Positions 18,682 to 27,093 of a stretch of 59,908 nt of DNA are shown here, piece after piece. The translations under genes were made by a program, and so were the position numbers. How positions within the stretch are numbered: the first letter of the stretch is position 1; every line of letters starts with the position of its first letter. Source of the DNA: a virus (taxonomy: Duplodnaviria > Caudoviricetes); IMG/VR virus record IMGVR_UViG_3300032323_002596, positions 1 through 59,908 of that record. One strand, written 5' to 3'. The notes beneath the pieces were generated by a model. It saw nothing but the letters and a program-made list of their open reading frames with translations. It was not told the origin of the DNA and made no database searches.

Positions 18682-20544
18682 TTAAAATATTACTTCTTCT
18701 CCGTTTTCATCTTTATATGGAAGCCAAGATTGACTTGCTTCTTTTCTTTTCCAAAAATCCATTTTCTTGGCATTTAACATTTCTTGCAATATATCTTTAC
18801 CTTCTATGAAAAACCTTCTTCTTTCCCATACATAATCAAGCATCATAAAACCTTTTCTACCAACGCTTTTCTTTTTAATCTTTTTGGAATGAAACTCTGC
18901 TAAAGGATTATTTGGATCTGTCTGCGCAAATGGCCTATGATATACTAAAATATTATCCATTTTATTTGACCACATAGCACCATCATTAATATCAAATACA
19001 TCAGGGCATTTATAGTTACCAGTTCTATCTCTTTCCATCAATTTAGGATGCGCAATTATCCAAAAGTATATATCGTTTTTTCTTGCAAATCTTGAAAAGT
19101 CTGCTAATAGTGTTTCAAGATATTTATCAGTTCTACCGTTATATCCCTTGTAATCATTTGTCATCTGATTAAATGGATCAATACAACAGTAATCTACTTT
19201 TTCTTGAACTATTAACTCTAAAAATTTCTCCTTGATATACTGTGGTGTTGGTGATAGCATTTCAGCACTAATGTAAAAAATATGCTTTGAAACAAAATCA
19301 TATGCAGCCTCGTATATTTCACTTGAAGGTCTATTTGGATTGTATGGAGTACATTCGCAACCTAAAAGCATTTCAACATAATCATGAAAGTATTCTTCTG
19401 CCGGAACATCCTCTGGTGAAAATGTTGCAACCTTCTCTCCAAACATAACCATTCTCATTAGCAATTGAGCTTTCTGCCAAGCTGTTTTACCGTAGTTACC
19501 AATACCAGTAAGTAATGTTATTTCACCTCTTTTTGGTTTAAATAAATAATCTATTTGAGGTATTCCAATTCCCATTACCCTGTCAAAACCATTTTCATTG
19601 ATATATAATGCTCTATCTTTTACATCTATACCGTAAACAACATCCTCAACTCTATAATTTTCTCCAGACTCTTCTGTAAACTCTTTTTTAACATCAATTT
19701 CGTAATTTGTGGTTTTACTTACAAGTTTTTCTTTTTGTATTGACGCAGTTGCAAAATTGTTTTTATTTGCCCTATAACCACTCTTAACAGCACTCTTCAT
19801 TTCAGACATTGTAAAGTCATTACTAACCGTGTACTCTGTTGAAATTAAACTTAGTGCAGAATCTTCTCCAATACCAAATCTGCAACAAGCTGAAGCTAAT
19901 TTGAAAATATAAGTGTTTCTTTCACCTGTGACAAAAGCATCGTTTTTATTGGTAAGCCACTTCAAAATTCTACGAAAATTCTCAGAATCATCTACGTTTT
20001 CATTTTCAGTTACAACTACCTTTTCTATCTTTTTTGCCTTTGAAAATACTTCTGCATTTTCGTTAATGTAAATATCTGGATCAAAGCTCTCATAACAAAC
20101 TCGGCTTACGTTAATACCACTTCTATCAATTTCAGGGAAAACATCCTGAAGCGACTGAAAGTGTTCTCTGTGTTTTTTACCATCGGCTATTTTAACCAAT
20201 GCTTTTAAACCGTTACCAGAAGGGCTAACCCAACAAGCGTAAACAAATGTGTTAGATATAATTTCGGTTTGCTTATCCCTTAAATCAGAAATATCATCAA
20301 AATCAAGCACAATAAAACCACTATGCTCAATAAGCTGCTCATCTTTCCTATCAGCACCAAATTTACCACTAAAGCATATTGATGGCAGATTTAACTTCAA
20401 TTTATTGGCTTTTTCCTTATCCAGGGCCAATCTAATATCCATTACCAACTGCTTACTTGCACCAAGCTTTATTCTTTCTAGTGCCTTTTCAACGGTTATA
20501 AAATGAGGTTCCTTGCTAAAAATGTTTTTAAAAATTGTAATCAT
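18682..20544 (-). CDS. Primase-helicase fusion (VirE-N/BT4734-like + PriCT-like + DnaB-like SF4 helicase)
   Basis: HSGFIVLDFD, WVSPSGNGLK, GERNTYIFKLA; Walker A TGIGNYGKT, Walker B CCIDPFN, IIAHP. Confidence 0.85.
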   Translation of the reverse strand: MITIFKNIFSKEPHFITVEKALERIKLGASKQLVMDIRLALDKEKANKLKLNLPSICFSGKFGADRKDEQLIEHSGFIVLDFDDISDLRDKQTEIISNTFVYACWVSPSGNGLKALVKIADGKKHREHFQSLQDVFPEIDRSGINVSRVCYESFDPDIYINENAEVFSKAKKIEKVVVTENENVDDSENFRRILKWLTNKNDAFVTGERNTYIFKLASACCRFGIGEDSALSLISTEYTVSNDFTMSEMKSAVKSGYRANKNNFATASIQKEKLVSKTTNYEIDVKKEFTEESGENYRVEDVVYGIDVKDRALYINENGFDRVMGIGIPQIDYLFKPKRGEITLLTGIGNYGKTAWQKAQLLMRMVMFGEKVATFSPEDVPAEEYFHDYVEMLLGCECTPYNPNRPSSEIYEAAYDFVSKHIFYISAEMLSPTPQYIKEKFLELIVQEKVDYCCIDPFNQMTNDYKGYNGRTDKYLETLLADFSRFARKNDIYFWIIAHPKLMERDRTGNYKCPDVFDINDGAMWSNKMDNILVYHRPFAQTDPNNPLAEFHSKKIKKKSVGRKGFMMLDYVWERRRFFIEGKDILQEMLNAKKMDFWKRKEASQSWLPYKDENGEEVIF

Positions 20545-21239
20545 TATTCAGAAATTGTTTTATAAGCCATTCTAGCGGCTTCTAATTGTTGTTGGTAAGG
20601 GTTAACACTATTTTGGGGAGAAACTGTCTTATTTGGCTTATTAACAGCATCTAGCACCCATCTACGAATAGTTAGGTAATCTGATTTTGTAGAATAGGAC
20701 TTTTCAATTTTATAAGAAGATAAAAAATCATAGCACTTTTTTACTACATCATTTCCATATTCAGAAATAAGTTTTTCGTTTTCTTTTTCAGTCAAATGAA
20801 CATTATCCTTATATTTTATTTTTATTTCCTTTCCTTTTATTTCCTTTCCTTTCCTTTCCTTTTTAGCATTGCCTTCGGATTGCGTTTGCAATGCGTTCGC
20901 ATTTTCCCATCTATAACTAGCTGATTTTCTTGCACTTTCGCTTTTGCTGTTTCTTTGATCTAATCTTTCTTGAACAGAATTGCTACCAAAAAAATCACCA
21001 TTAAAAATGAACAAATCAAAGTCATTTACTACGGATGCAACAATATCGCAATCCGACCTTAAATCATACGCAATGCCTTCGTAATCCGTTCGCAATGCGT
21101 TCGCATTATTATATAAATCTTCAACAATAGACCAAAATATACCATAGCCAATCATGCCATGTTTTCTTATTAGCCTTTTTATCTTCTCATCATTACGAGC
21201 ATTATAGTCGTGTGAGAAATAGAATGTATCTTTTGGCAT
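20544..21239 (-). CDS. Putative replication initiator (DUF4373/Lin1244-like)
   Basis: YFSHDYNARNDEKIKRL…GYGIFWSIVEDL N-terminus; KERKGKEIKGKEIK linker; coupled to the helicase gene. Confidence 0.75.
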   Translation of the reverse strand: MPKDTFYFSHDYNARNDEKIKRLIRKHGMIGYGIFWSIVEDLYNNANALRTDYEGIAYDLRSDCDIVASVVNDFDLFIFNGDFFGSNSVQERLDQRNSKSESARKSASYRWENANALQTQSEGNAKKERKGKEIKGKEIKIKYKDNVHLTEKENEKLISEYGNDVVKKCYDFLSSYKIEKSYSTKSDYLTIRRWVLDAVNKPNKTVSPQNSVNPYQQQLEAARMAYKTISE

Positions 21240-21249
21240 TTTTAAATTC

Positions 21250-21447
21250 TTAATCGTTAGTAAAATCAGTTCCCATTACCTCATTTATCTTTTCTAAATT
21301 TTTATCAGAAAGGTTCATAATCCTCTGGATAAAGATTGAATAAAGTGTTGGATATGGTATTTCTGTTTTTCTTGAAAGCCATGCTAGTGGCCTTTCTTCT
21401 GCTTCAAGATGCAGTAGAATTAAATCTTTTACATTTTGTTTTTCCAT
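21250..21447 (-). CDS. Cro/XRE-like HTH regulator
   Basis: 65 aa; LAWLSRKTEIPYPTLYSIF; first gene of the replication operon at a divergent junction. Confidence 0.65.
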   Translation of the reverse strand: MEKQNVKDLILLHLEAEERPLAWLSRKTEIPYPTLYSIFIQRIMNLSDKNLEKINEVMGTDFTND

Positions 21448-21541
21448 AAATAATTTGATTGAAGCACAAAGTAAAGAATAATATTTTTAATTACAAAATT
21501 TATTTTTCCATAAATTTATTTTGTTATTTAATTAAATTAAT

Positions 21542-21549
21542 TATCTTTG
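21542..21549 (+). promoter_or_regulatory. Bacteroidota -7 element (TATCTTTG)
   Basis: Consensus match 15 nt upstream of ATG 21564. Confidence 0.6.
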
Positions 21550-21563
21550 TTAAAATTATTATT

Positions 21564-21833
21564 ATGATTAAAGAATTTATCCCTTCTGAACAAGCGCAAG
21601 CTCTAGCAGAATTAGGTTTTAATGAAGAGTGTATTATGTCATATCCTCCATTATTTCAACAAGCATTTAGATTTTTTAGAGATAAGTATGAATATACTTA
21701 TTCAATTGGTAGAACAAATATTGCAGTTATACATTATGGATTAACAACGCAGTTATTACAAAACAATAATTCATATGAAGAAGCAGAACTTGCTTGTATT
21801 AAAAAATTTATTGAAATAGCTAATGCAGAATAG
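21564..21833 (+). CDS. Hypothetical protein, 89 aa
   Basis: Restarted at ATG 21564 (MIKEFIPSEQAQALAELGFNEEC); the longer TTG start runs through the promoter region. Confidence 0.65.
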   Translation: MIKEFIPSEQAQALAELGFNEECIMSYPPLFQQAFRFFRDKYEYTYSIGRTNIAVIHYGLTTQLLQNNNSYEEAELACIKKFIEIANAE

Positions 21834-22008
21834 AGAATTAATATACGATATGGCTAAGAGATTAGACATGGTAATTGAAGTAACAAAGAAAGGAGAATAC
21901 ATTGGAAAATTTAGATTCATTAACAATAAACTACATAAATTAAATGAAACAAGAAATGACGATAACAAAGAAGTGCGCAACTTGCAAGATAGAAAAACCA
22001 GTAAGTGA
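21823..22008 (+). CDS. Hypothetical protein
   Basis: 61 aa in an operon of overlapping genes. Confidence 0.5.
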   Translation: MQNRELIYDMAKRLDMVIEVTKKGEYIGKFRFINNKLHKLNETRNDDNKEVRNLQDRKTSK

Positions 22009-22126
22009 GTTCGCTAGAGATCATGATGCATTATATGGAAGATATTATCAGTGTAAAAAATGTACTGTTTTAGCTAATAGGGCATCAAAAAATAAAAAGA
22101 AAGAAGGAGTTATAATAGCATTTTAA
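21944..22126 (+). CDS. Small zinc-finger protein
   Basis: KKCATCKIEKPVSEF…YYQCKKC. Confidence 0.6.
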   Translation: MKQEMTITKKCATCKIEKPVSEFARDHDALYGRYYQCKKCTVLANRASKNKKKEGVIIAF

Positions 22127-22127
22127 T

Positions 22128-22328
22128 ATGGAGCCATACCAAACAAAAGCAATAAAAATATACTTAAACTTTTTTTTAAAAGACAGAATAACTGATTTTG
22201 AAAATAGAATAATAAAAGCAAAAAATGATGCTATATCGCATGCTCAAAATCAAATAGAATTATATAAAAACAATTCTGAAGAAATATTTTATTGGTCAAA
22301 TGTAAAAAACGCAATTGAAAAAATATGA
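22128..22328 (+). CDS. Hypothetical protein
   Basis: 66 aa; ATGA overlap with ninG. Confidence 0.6.
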   Translation: MEPYQTKAIKIYLNFFLKDRITDFENRIIKAKNDAISHAQNQIELYKNNSEEIFYWSNVKNAIEKI

Positions 22329-22864
22329 GAAATAGCACAATAATAGTTAAGAAAAAGCGTTGTATAAATTGTGGTAATATTGATTACCATTTTTCAAAAA
22401 AGATGTGTAAGCAATGCGCTACCATTGCATCAACACAAAAAAGGATGGATGAATTTGAAGATGATTCAGAAAGCTTTAATAATTTAGTTCAGGATTTAGA
22501 TCACGTATTTAGCCAGTATATTAGAAATAAACATGCCGATAAAAGCGGAATAGTAGAATGTTATACTTGTGGAAATAAGCATACTGTTTCTGAAATACAA
22601 TGCGGACATTTTATGGGCAGGTCAAATTTGGGCACAAGATGGATGGAGTCAAATTGTAAACCACAATGTATGGAATGTAATTATTTCAAAACAGGAAACA
22701 TTGAAGAGTTTGAAAATAAACTACACGAAGAAAATGGAGCTTTGGTAGAATATTTAAGAGAAACAGCTAGACAACCAACAAGGCCAACAAGAGAAGAATT
22801 AAAAGCTTTGATCTTAGAATATAGGGCTAAACTTATTTTAGTTAAAAAGAAATTTATAAAGTAG
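22325..22864 (+). CDS. ninG: NinG/Rap-like recombination endonuclease
   Basis: LDHVFSQYIR…CYTCG…QCGHFMGRS…RW…NCKPQCMECN. Confidence 0.8.
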   Translation: MRNSTIIVKKKRCINCGNIDYHFSKKMCKQCATIASTQKRMDEFEDDSESFNNLVQDLDHVFSQYIRNKHADKSGIVECYTCGNKHTVSEIQCGHFMGRSNLGTRWMESNCKPQCMECNYFKTGNIEEFENKLHEENGALVEYLRETARQPTRPTREELKALILEYRAKLILVKKKFIK

Positions 22865-22890
22865 GTTGTCGGTTTTTTATAGTAAATATG

Positions 22891-22915
22891 CCCCTGCATT
22901 TCTATGCGGGGGTTT
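22891..22915 (+). terminator. Stem-loop/terminator after ninG
   Basis: CCCCTGCAT-TTCT-ATGCGGGGG followed by TTT. Confidence 0.6.
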
Positions 22916-22917
22916 AT

Positions 22918-22977
22918 AAAAAAAGAGCCCCTCGTAGAAACGAAGGGCGTGATTAAACCGTTAACACTTGCTATATG
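22918..22977 (-). ncRNA. Candidate ~55-60 nt trans-antisense sRNA
   Basis: TATATTTG promoter (22983-22990, minus), about 30 nt with no ORF, then GCCCTTCGT-TTCT-ACGAGGGGC-TC-T7; body complementary to 23634-23653 and 23276-23286. Confidence 0.6.
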
Positions 22978-23057
22978 AGATGCAAATATACAAAAATTAA
23001 TTAAATTTATTTTTTTAATTAAATTAATTAAATTAATTTTACAAAAAAATTTAAAAA

Positions 23058-23255
23058 ATGGCAAGAAACATTAGTCCAGATTCGGTTTCAAGTAAGGTTG
23101 CTGAATTAACATTAGGAGAAAATATTAGATTAAATAATCCATATACATCAGTTATGGTTATGGTATCAAATTTAAAAAAGAAAGAAGCACACAAAGATAA
23201 GCTGTTTAAAATTAAACACGCGGACGGTGTTACCGTTGTATCACGAATTAAATAA
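23058..23255 (+). CDS. Hypothetical small protein (possible DNA-binding)
   Basis: 65 aa, A-rich initiation region, first gene of the recombination operon. Confidence 0.65.
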   Translation: MARNISPDSVSSKVAELTLGENIRLNNPYTSVMVMVSNLKKKEAHKDKLFKIKHADGVTVVSRIK

Positions 23256-23265
23256 ACCAACATAT

Positions 23266-23643
23266 ATGCACATCCAAACCGTTAACTACACTAGAACATT
23301 TAATTTAGGTAACTATTCATCTGAAAAGATTGGCGTTGAGTTTGCCCTCAATGAAGGTGAGTCAGCCAATAAAGCTCTTGACCACGCAAGAGAGCTAGTA
23401 GAAGAATATCACAATAAAAATGTAGCTAGACAAAAAGAACTTGCTGAGTATTTAGGTGTTAATTATGATGACATACTTACTGAAGAAGTAATTCCTACTC
23501 AGTCAAAAAAGACTTTAGCTGAAAAAACCAAAGAGTTTATTGACTCCTGTAAAACAAAAGAAGAGTTAAAGGCTTGGGAATTGATGAGTAAAAGTAATCC
23601 GGAATTACTAATGCACTACAATAATAAAATGAAAACACTTTAA
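23266..23643 (+). CDS. Hypothetical protein, 125 aa, exonuclease-associated
   Basis: Restarted at ATG 23266 (MHIQTVNYTRTFNLGNYSSEKIGVE). Confidence 0.7.
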   Translation: MHIQTVNYTRTFNLGNYSSEKIGVEFALNEGESANKALDHARELVEEYHNKNVARQKELAEYLGVNYDDILTEEVIPTQSKKTLAEKTKEFIDSCKTKEELKAWELMSKSNPELLMHYNNKMKTL

Positions 23644-23645
23644 CT

Positions 23646-24368
23646 ATGAGATGGAATGAAACACACATCAGAGCAAGCTCTGTAGGTTATTTAATGACCG
23701 AACCTCAATCAAAAGCTGATAAAGAAGCTGGATTGTTATCTAAAACGGCTCAAAAGCATTTATTAGATGTTTATATAGCCGAAAAGTATGGTCGCAGAAA
23801 AGACATACAAACCAAGCAAATGAAAAAGGGTATAGAAGTAGAGCAAGATTCAATTGATTTACTTTCTATGTACTTAAAAATGCCATTTAGTAAGAATGAC
23901 CAAAGATTTACAAATGATTTTATTACTGGTTTTCCTGATATTATTGATAATGACAGAATAATTGATATTAAATCAAGTTATGATCTTTGGACGTTTATTG
24001 GCAATATACCAGATAAGTTAGATAGTTTATACTATTGGCAAATGCAATCTTACATGTGGTTGACAAATACAAAAAGTGCTGTAATTGCTTATTGTTTAGT
24101 AAATACTCCTGAAAGTATCATAGAGCAAGAGAAGTATTACATGCTTAAAAAGATGGATGTAGCCACTGAAGAAAATCCAGAGTATGTAAAAGAGGCAATG
24201 AAGATTGAATTTAACATGTCTTTTGATGATATTTCAATAGAAGAAAGAGTACTTATGTTTAAAGTTGGTAGAAATGAAGATGATATACTGCGCATCCAGC
24301 AGAAAGTAGAAAGAGCAAGAGAGTTTTTAAGAGAATTGGAAGAAACACATTTAAACTTTAATAAGTAA
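23646..24368 (+). CDS. YqaJ/lambda-exonuclease family protein
   Basis: IRASSVGYLM, KGIEVE, TGFPD…IIDIKSS (PD-D/ExK), YYWQMQSYMW. Confidence 0.85.
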   Translation: MRWNETHIRASSVGYLMTEPQSKADKEAGLLSKTAQKHLLDVYIAEKYGRRKDIQTKQMKKGIEVEQDSIDLLSMYLKMPFSKNDQRFTNDFITGFPDIIDNDRIIDIKSSYDLWTFIGNIPDKLDSLYYWQMQSYMWLTNTKSAVIAYCLVNTPESIIEQEKYYMLKKMDVATEENPEYVKEAMKIEFNMSFDDISIEERVLMFKVGRNEDDILRIQQKVERAREFLRELEETHLNFNK

Positions 24369-24369
24369 T

Positions 24370-24735
24370 ATGAATCCTGAAGTTAATAACGGTGCTAACA
24401 TTATAAATGCCATTCAAAATTTAAAAATGGCTCAAGAACAATTTGAGGATTTTTGTAGGCAATACCCTAATTCGCAAGGATCAAGATTATTTAAGAAATA
24501 TAGCGATAAGATAGGTTGGATATTTGGAGATTTAATATCTAATCCATTTTTAACAGAACAAGTCAGGATTGGGATTAAAACAGAAATAGCAAGTGATGTT
24601 TTTGCGGTGCCGGCAATTATTGAAAAGGTAGCGTTATTAACTCCAGATCAAAGAGATATGATTGAATCTACATTAGATGCATTAATAAGTGGCGAAGAGG
24701 TAAAAATAGTTGACATAAACGAAATAAAACAATAA
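24370..24735 (+). CDS. Hypothetical protein
   Basis: 121 aa, tightly packed in the operon. Confidence 0.7.
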   Translation: MNPEVNNGANIINAIQNLKMAQEQFEDFCRQYPNSQGSRLFKKYSDKIGWIFGDLISNPFLTEQVRIGIKTEIASDVFAVPAIIEKVALLTPDQRDMIESTLDALISGEEVKIVDINEIKQ

Positions 24736-24738
24736 AAT

Positions 24739-25029
24739 ATGGCAAAGAAAAAAGCAAATATTCCTGAAGATAAACAAGCATATACAGAAGGATGTGATTT
24801 TTGTATGCAATTTGACTATGATGACATTCATGTAATTGGAGCAAGTCCAGATGAGCACGGTGCAATTGAATTAATAATTAAGGCTTACCAAGATGCCGGA
24901 GTTACATTTGTATGCCCAAATACTGGTAAAAAATTAAGGATATTTGCTAGGCCATTAACAGATGCTGGCAGAGCTATTTTAGATCCTAGTCAATTACCTG
25001 GAGGTAACGAGGATATTAAGGAAATTTAA
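24739..25029 (+). CDS. Hypothetical protein
   Basis: 96 aa; CDFC and CP motifs. Confidence 0.7.
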   Translation: MAKKKANIPEDKQAYTEGCDFCMQFDYDDIHVIGASPDEHGAIELIIKAYQDAGVTFVCPNTGKKLRIFARPLTDAGRAILDPSQLPGGNEDIKEI

Positions 25030-25036
25030 CAATGAT

Positions 25037-25108
25037 TGCTGGTTGGTGTAATTGGTAACACGACAGATTTTGGTTCTGTTATTTTGCGTTCAAATCGCAA
25101 ACCAGTAA
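25037..25108 (+). tRNA. tRNA-Gln(TTG)
   Basis: Acceptor TGCTGGT/ACCAGTA, D-arm GTGT/ACAC, anticodon arm ACAGA-TTTTGGT-TCTGT, T-arm TTGCG-TTCAAAT-CGCAA; CCA not encoded. Confidence 0.9.
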
Positions 25109-25126
25109 CAAATAAAAACTATCAAT

Positions 25127-25216
25127 ATGACAATAGGAATAATAACAATAGTATTATTTATAGCAATATCTATTTTAGGTGTAATAGATATTTTTAAGCA
25201 AACAAAAGACAAATAG
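25127..25216 (+). CDS. Single-TM micropeptide, 29 aa
   Basis: MTIGIITIVLFIAISILGVIDIFKQTKDK. Confidence 0.4.
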   Translation: MTIGIITIVLFIAISILGVIDIFKQTKDK

Positions 25217-25217
25217 T

Positions 25218-25292
25218 ATGATATTTATAGTAATACTCATACTAATGGCAATAGCGGCTTGGGTTTCTTATGATATGAATAAAGAACCCTAG
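25218..25292 (+). CDS. Single-TM micropeptide, 24 aa
   Basis: MIFIVILILMAIAAWVSYDMNKEP; starts 1 nt after the previous stop. Confidence 0.35.
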   Translation: MIFIVILILMAIAAWVSYDMNKEP

Positions 25293-25294
25293 TA

Positions 25295-25978
25295 TTAAGA
25301 TTGAACTAAATTAATGTTTTCTCTTCCAGGTAAGTTTATTTGTTTTACTTTAGAAACGCCATTTAGCATATCTAACATGGCTTTTTCATCTTTTGTTATA
25401 TTCAGCAAATCTTCAATATCGCCATTGTCTCTTTTATACGTTTTCCAAAATTCTTGTAAATCTTTTGGTGTAACGACTTGATCTGGCTTAAAACCTGCAC
25501 GTTGTCTTAAAGACATCAACCTTGATTGAATTTCTTTTGGATGTGTAAAATATTCGTATTCAGTACCACGATACTCTTCCGGCATTTTCATTCTTGGTAA
25601 TAATGAATTTCTAATTATTCTTGCATTTTCGTTATCTGAAAATGATTCGTTACCTTCAGACCATTGATTGTTGTAATCTTGTAAAAAATGATTTATTTCA
25701 TGTGTTTCAACATCTGGAGCAGCTCCTTTTTTAACAAGTATTCTTCTTGATTCTGGAACGTATTGACCTTCAACTGGGAATGGTACATCTATAAAACCGG
25801 ACTCATCAACAAACTCTGTTTGTGGTATATTTTTTAATTGATTTAAAATCTTTGACTTATCCATGTTATACCACATTTGACTAGTAAAATTAGGCATTAC
25901 CCTATTTTTATACCAATTAATTAAAAACTCCCTGTTTTTATCAATTGGATCACCTGATTTCATAGCTTTTATTGCCAT
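25295..25978 (-). CDS. Zincin-like (HExxH) protein
   Basis: VETHEINH plus downstream EYFTHPKEIQSRL (candidate third-ligand Glu). Confidence 0.6.
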   Translation of the reverse strand: MAIKAMKSGDPIDKNREFLINWYKNRVMPNFTSQMWYNMDKSKILNQLKNIPQTEFVDESGFIDVPFPVEGQYVPESRRILVKKGAAPDVETHEINHFLQDYNNQWSEGNESFSDNENARIIRNSLLPRMKMPEEYRGTEYEYFTHPKEIQSRLMSLRQRAGFKPDQVVTPKDLQEFWKTYKRDNGDIEDLLNITKDEKAMLDMLNGVSKVKQINLPGRENINLVQS

Positions 25979-25980
25979 AA

Positions 25981-26778
25981 TTAATCTACTTTATAATTTT
26001 TACCGTATCTAAATTTCAAGAAATCGCTTAATAATTGCTTTTTGTCAGTCGTGCCTTTTGGAGATGTATGCATTGGTTCTGGGAACTCTCCATATTTATT
26101 AAAAAATTCTCTATTAGCTTGTGTATCTTCAGTAAATTTTCGCATGGCTTGTAATTTATTTAACAATCTTGCACCTTTTGGAGCCAAACCCTCTGCTGCG
26201 CTATCTATTTGTTCTCTAAGTGCAGAAAAATTATCACCTCTAGCTTTCATGTAATCTTCATACGCTTCTTTGTCCTTGCCAAAATCCCAACCCCAATCTG
26301 TTGATTGATTAAATCCCTTATCCTCGGTAGGTCCTATTGTTGCAGAATAAATGTATGGTCTATTTGCTAAATAATTTTTTTGATCAACTTCTCTACTATT
26401 ATCAACTGTGTCTAACCCCTGTAATAAATATTTTGTTCTTGCTCCAAGAATGTCATCTACAAAGGTTCCAGCTCTAGTTGTTCCGTAAACCTTCTGCATT
26501 TCTGCTAAATATTGTCTTCCTACTGGAGTAGAAGAGAGCATATCAATAGCAGCTTGTTGAAATTCTCTATTGGAAGTAGTAGGCAATTTGTGTTTTTTCG
26601 CATGTAAAACTACTTCTTCAGGAGTTATTCCAGAACTTGCGAAAGCATTGCTTTTACCAGTAGGAGTTTTTTCAACACCTCCTTCATATATACTTAACCC
26701 AGTACCTGCTATTTTTTTTGATTTTGGTTTTTTTGGATCTTCTGGTAATTCAAAAGACTGCATCATTTCTATTGCCAT
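25981..26778 (-). CDS. Hypothetical protein (possible internal virion protein)
   Basis: 265 aa; FQ…VDDILGART loosely resembles the PG-binding DGxxGxxT motif. Confidence 0.6.
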   Translation of the reverse strand: MAIEMMQSFELPEDPKKPKSKKIAGTGLSIYEGGVEKTPTGKSNAFASSGITPEEVVLHAKKHKLPTTSNREFQQAAIDMLSSTPVGRQYLAEMQKVYGTTRAGTFVDDILGARTKYLLQGLDTVDNSREVDQKNYLANRPYIYSATIGPTEDKGFNQSTDWGWDFGKDKEAYEDYMKARGDNFSALREQIDSAAEGLAPKGARLLNKLQAMRKFTEDTQANREFFNKYGEFPEPMHTSPKGTTDKKQLLSDFLKFRYGKNYKVD

Positions 26779-26799
26779 GTTGTTATATTTTACGCTAAT

Positions 26800-27084
26800 T
26801 TACGATTTTTTGTGTGCATTGGCAAACTTCCTAGCGGCTTCAACGCTTCCAAATCCCCATGCTTTAAGGGCTAATGCTTTACGAGTAGGTTCTCCATTAG
26901 GTTTTTTCATTGCCCCTTTAATACCAGCGAATCTAGCCGCAAATGATACTCTACGAGGATTAGTTCCTTCTTTTACTGGTGCTTTTAAATTACCACCGGT
27001 TTCAGCATTATAAGATGCTCTACCTTTTGCATTTAATCCACCCTCGGGATTTTTGCCTTCTTTTCTTTGCCAAGCTCCTGACAT
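26800..27084 (-). CDS. Small basic phage protein (DUF6321-like)
   Basis: AWQRKEGKNPEGGLNAKGRASY…RRVSFAARF…ALKAW; family name recalled, not searched. Confidence 0.6.
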   Translation of the reverse strand: MSGAWQRKEGKNPEGGLNAKGRASYNAETGGNLKAPVKEGTNPRRVSFAARFAGIKGAMKKPNGEPTRKALALKAWGFGSVEAARKFANAHKKS

Positions 27085-27093
27085 AATTTATAT

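Noticed and set aside
25037-25108. tRNA as an attachment site marking a prophage boundary
   Set aside because: Phage-type genes continue on both sides; no integrase or host genes are present
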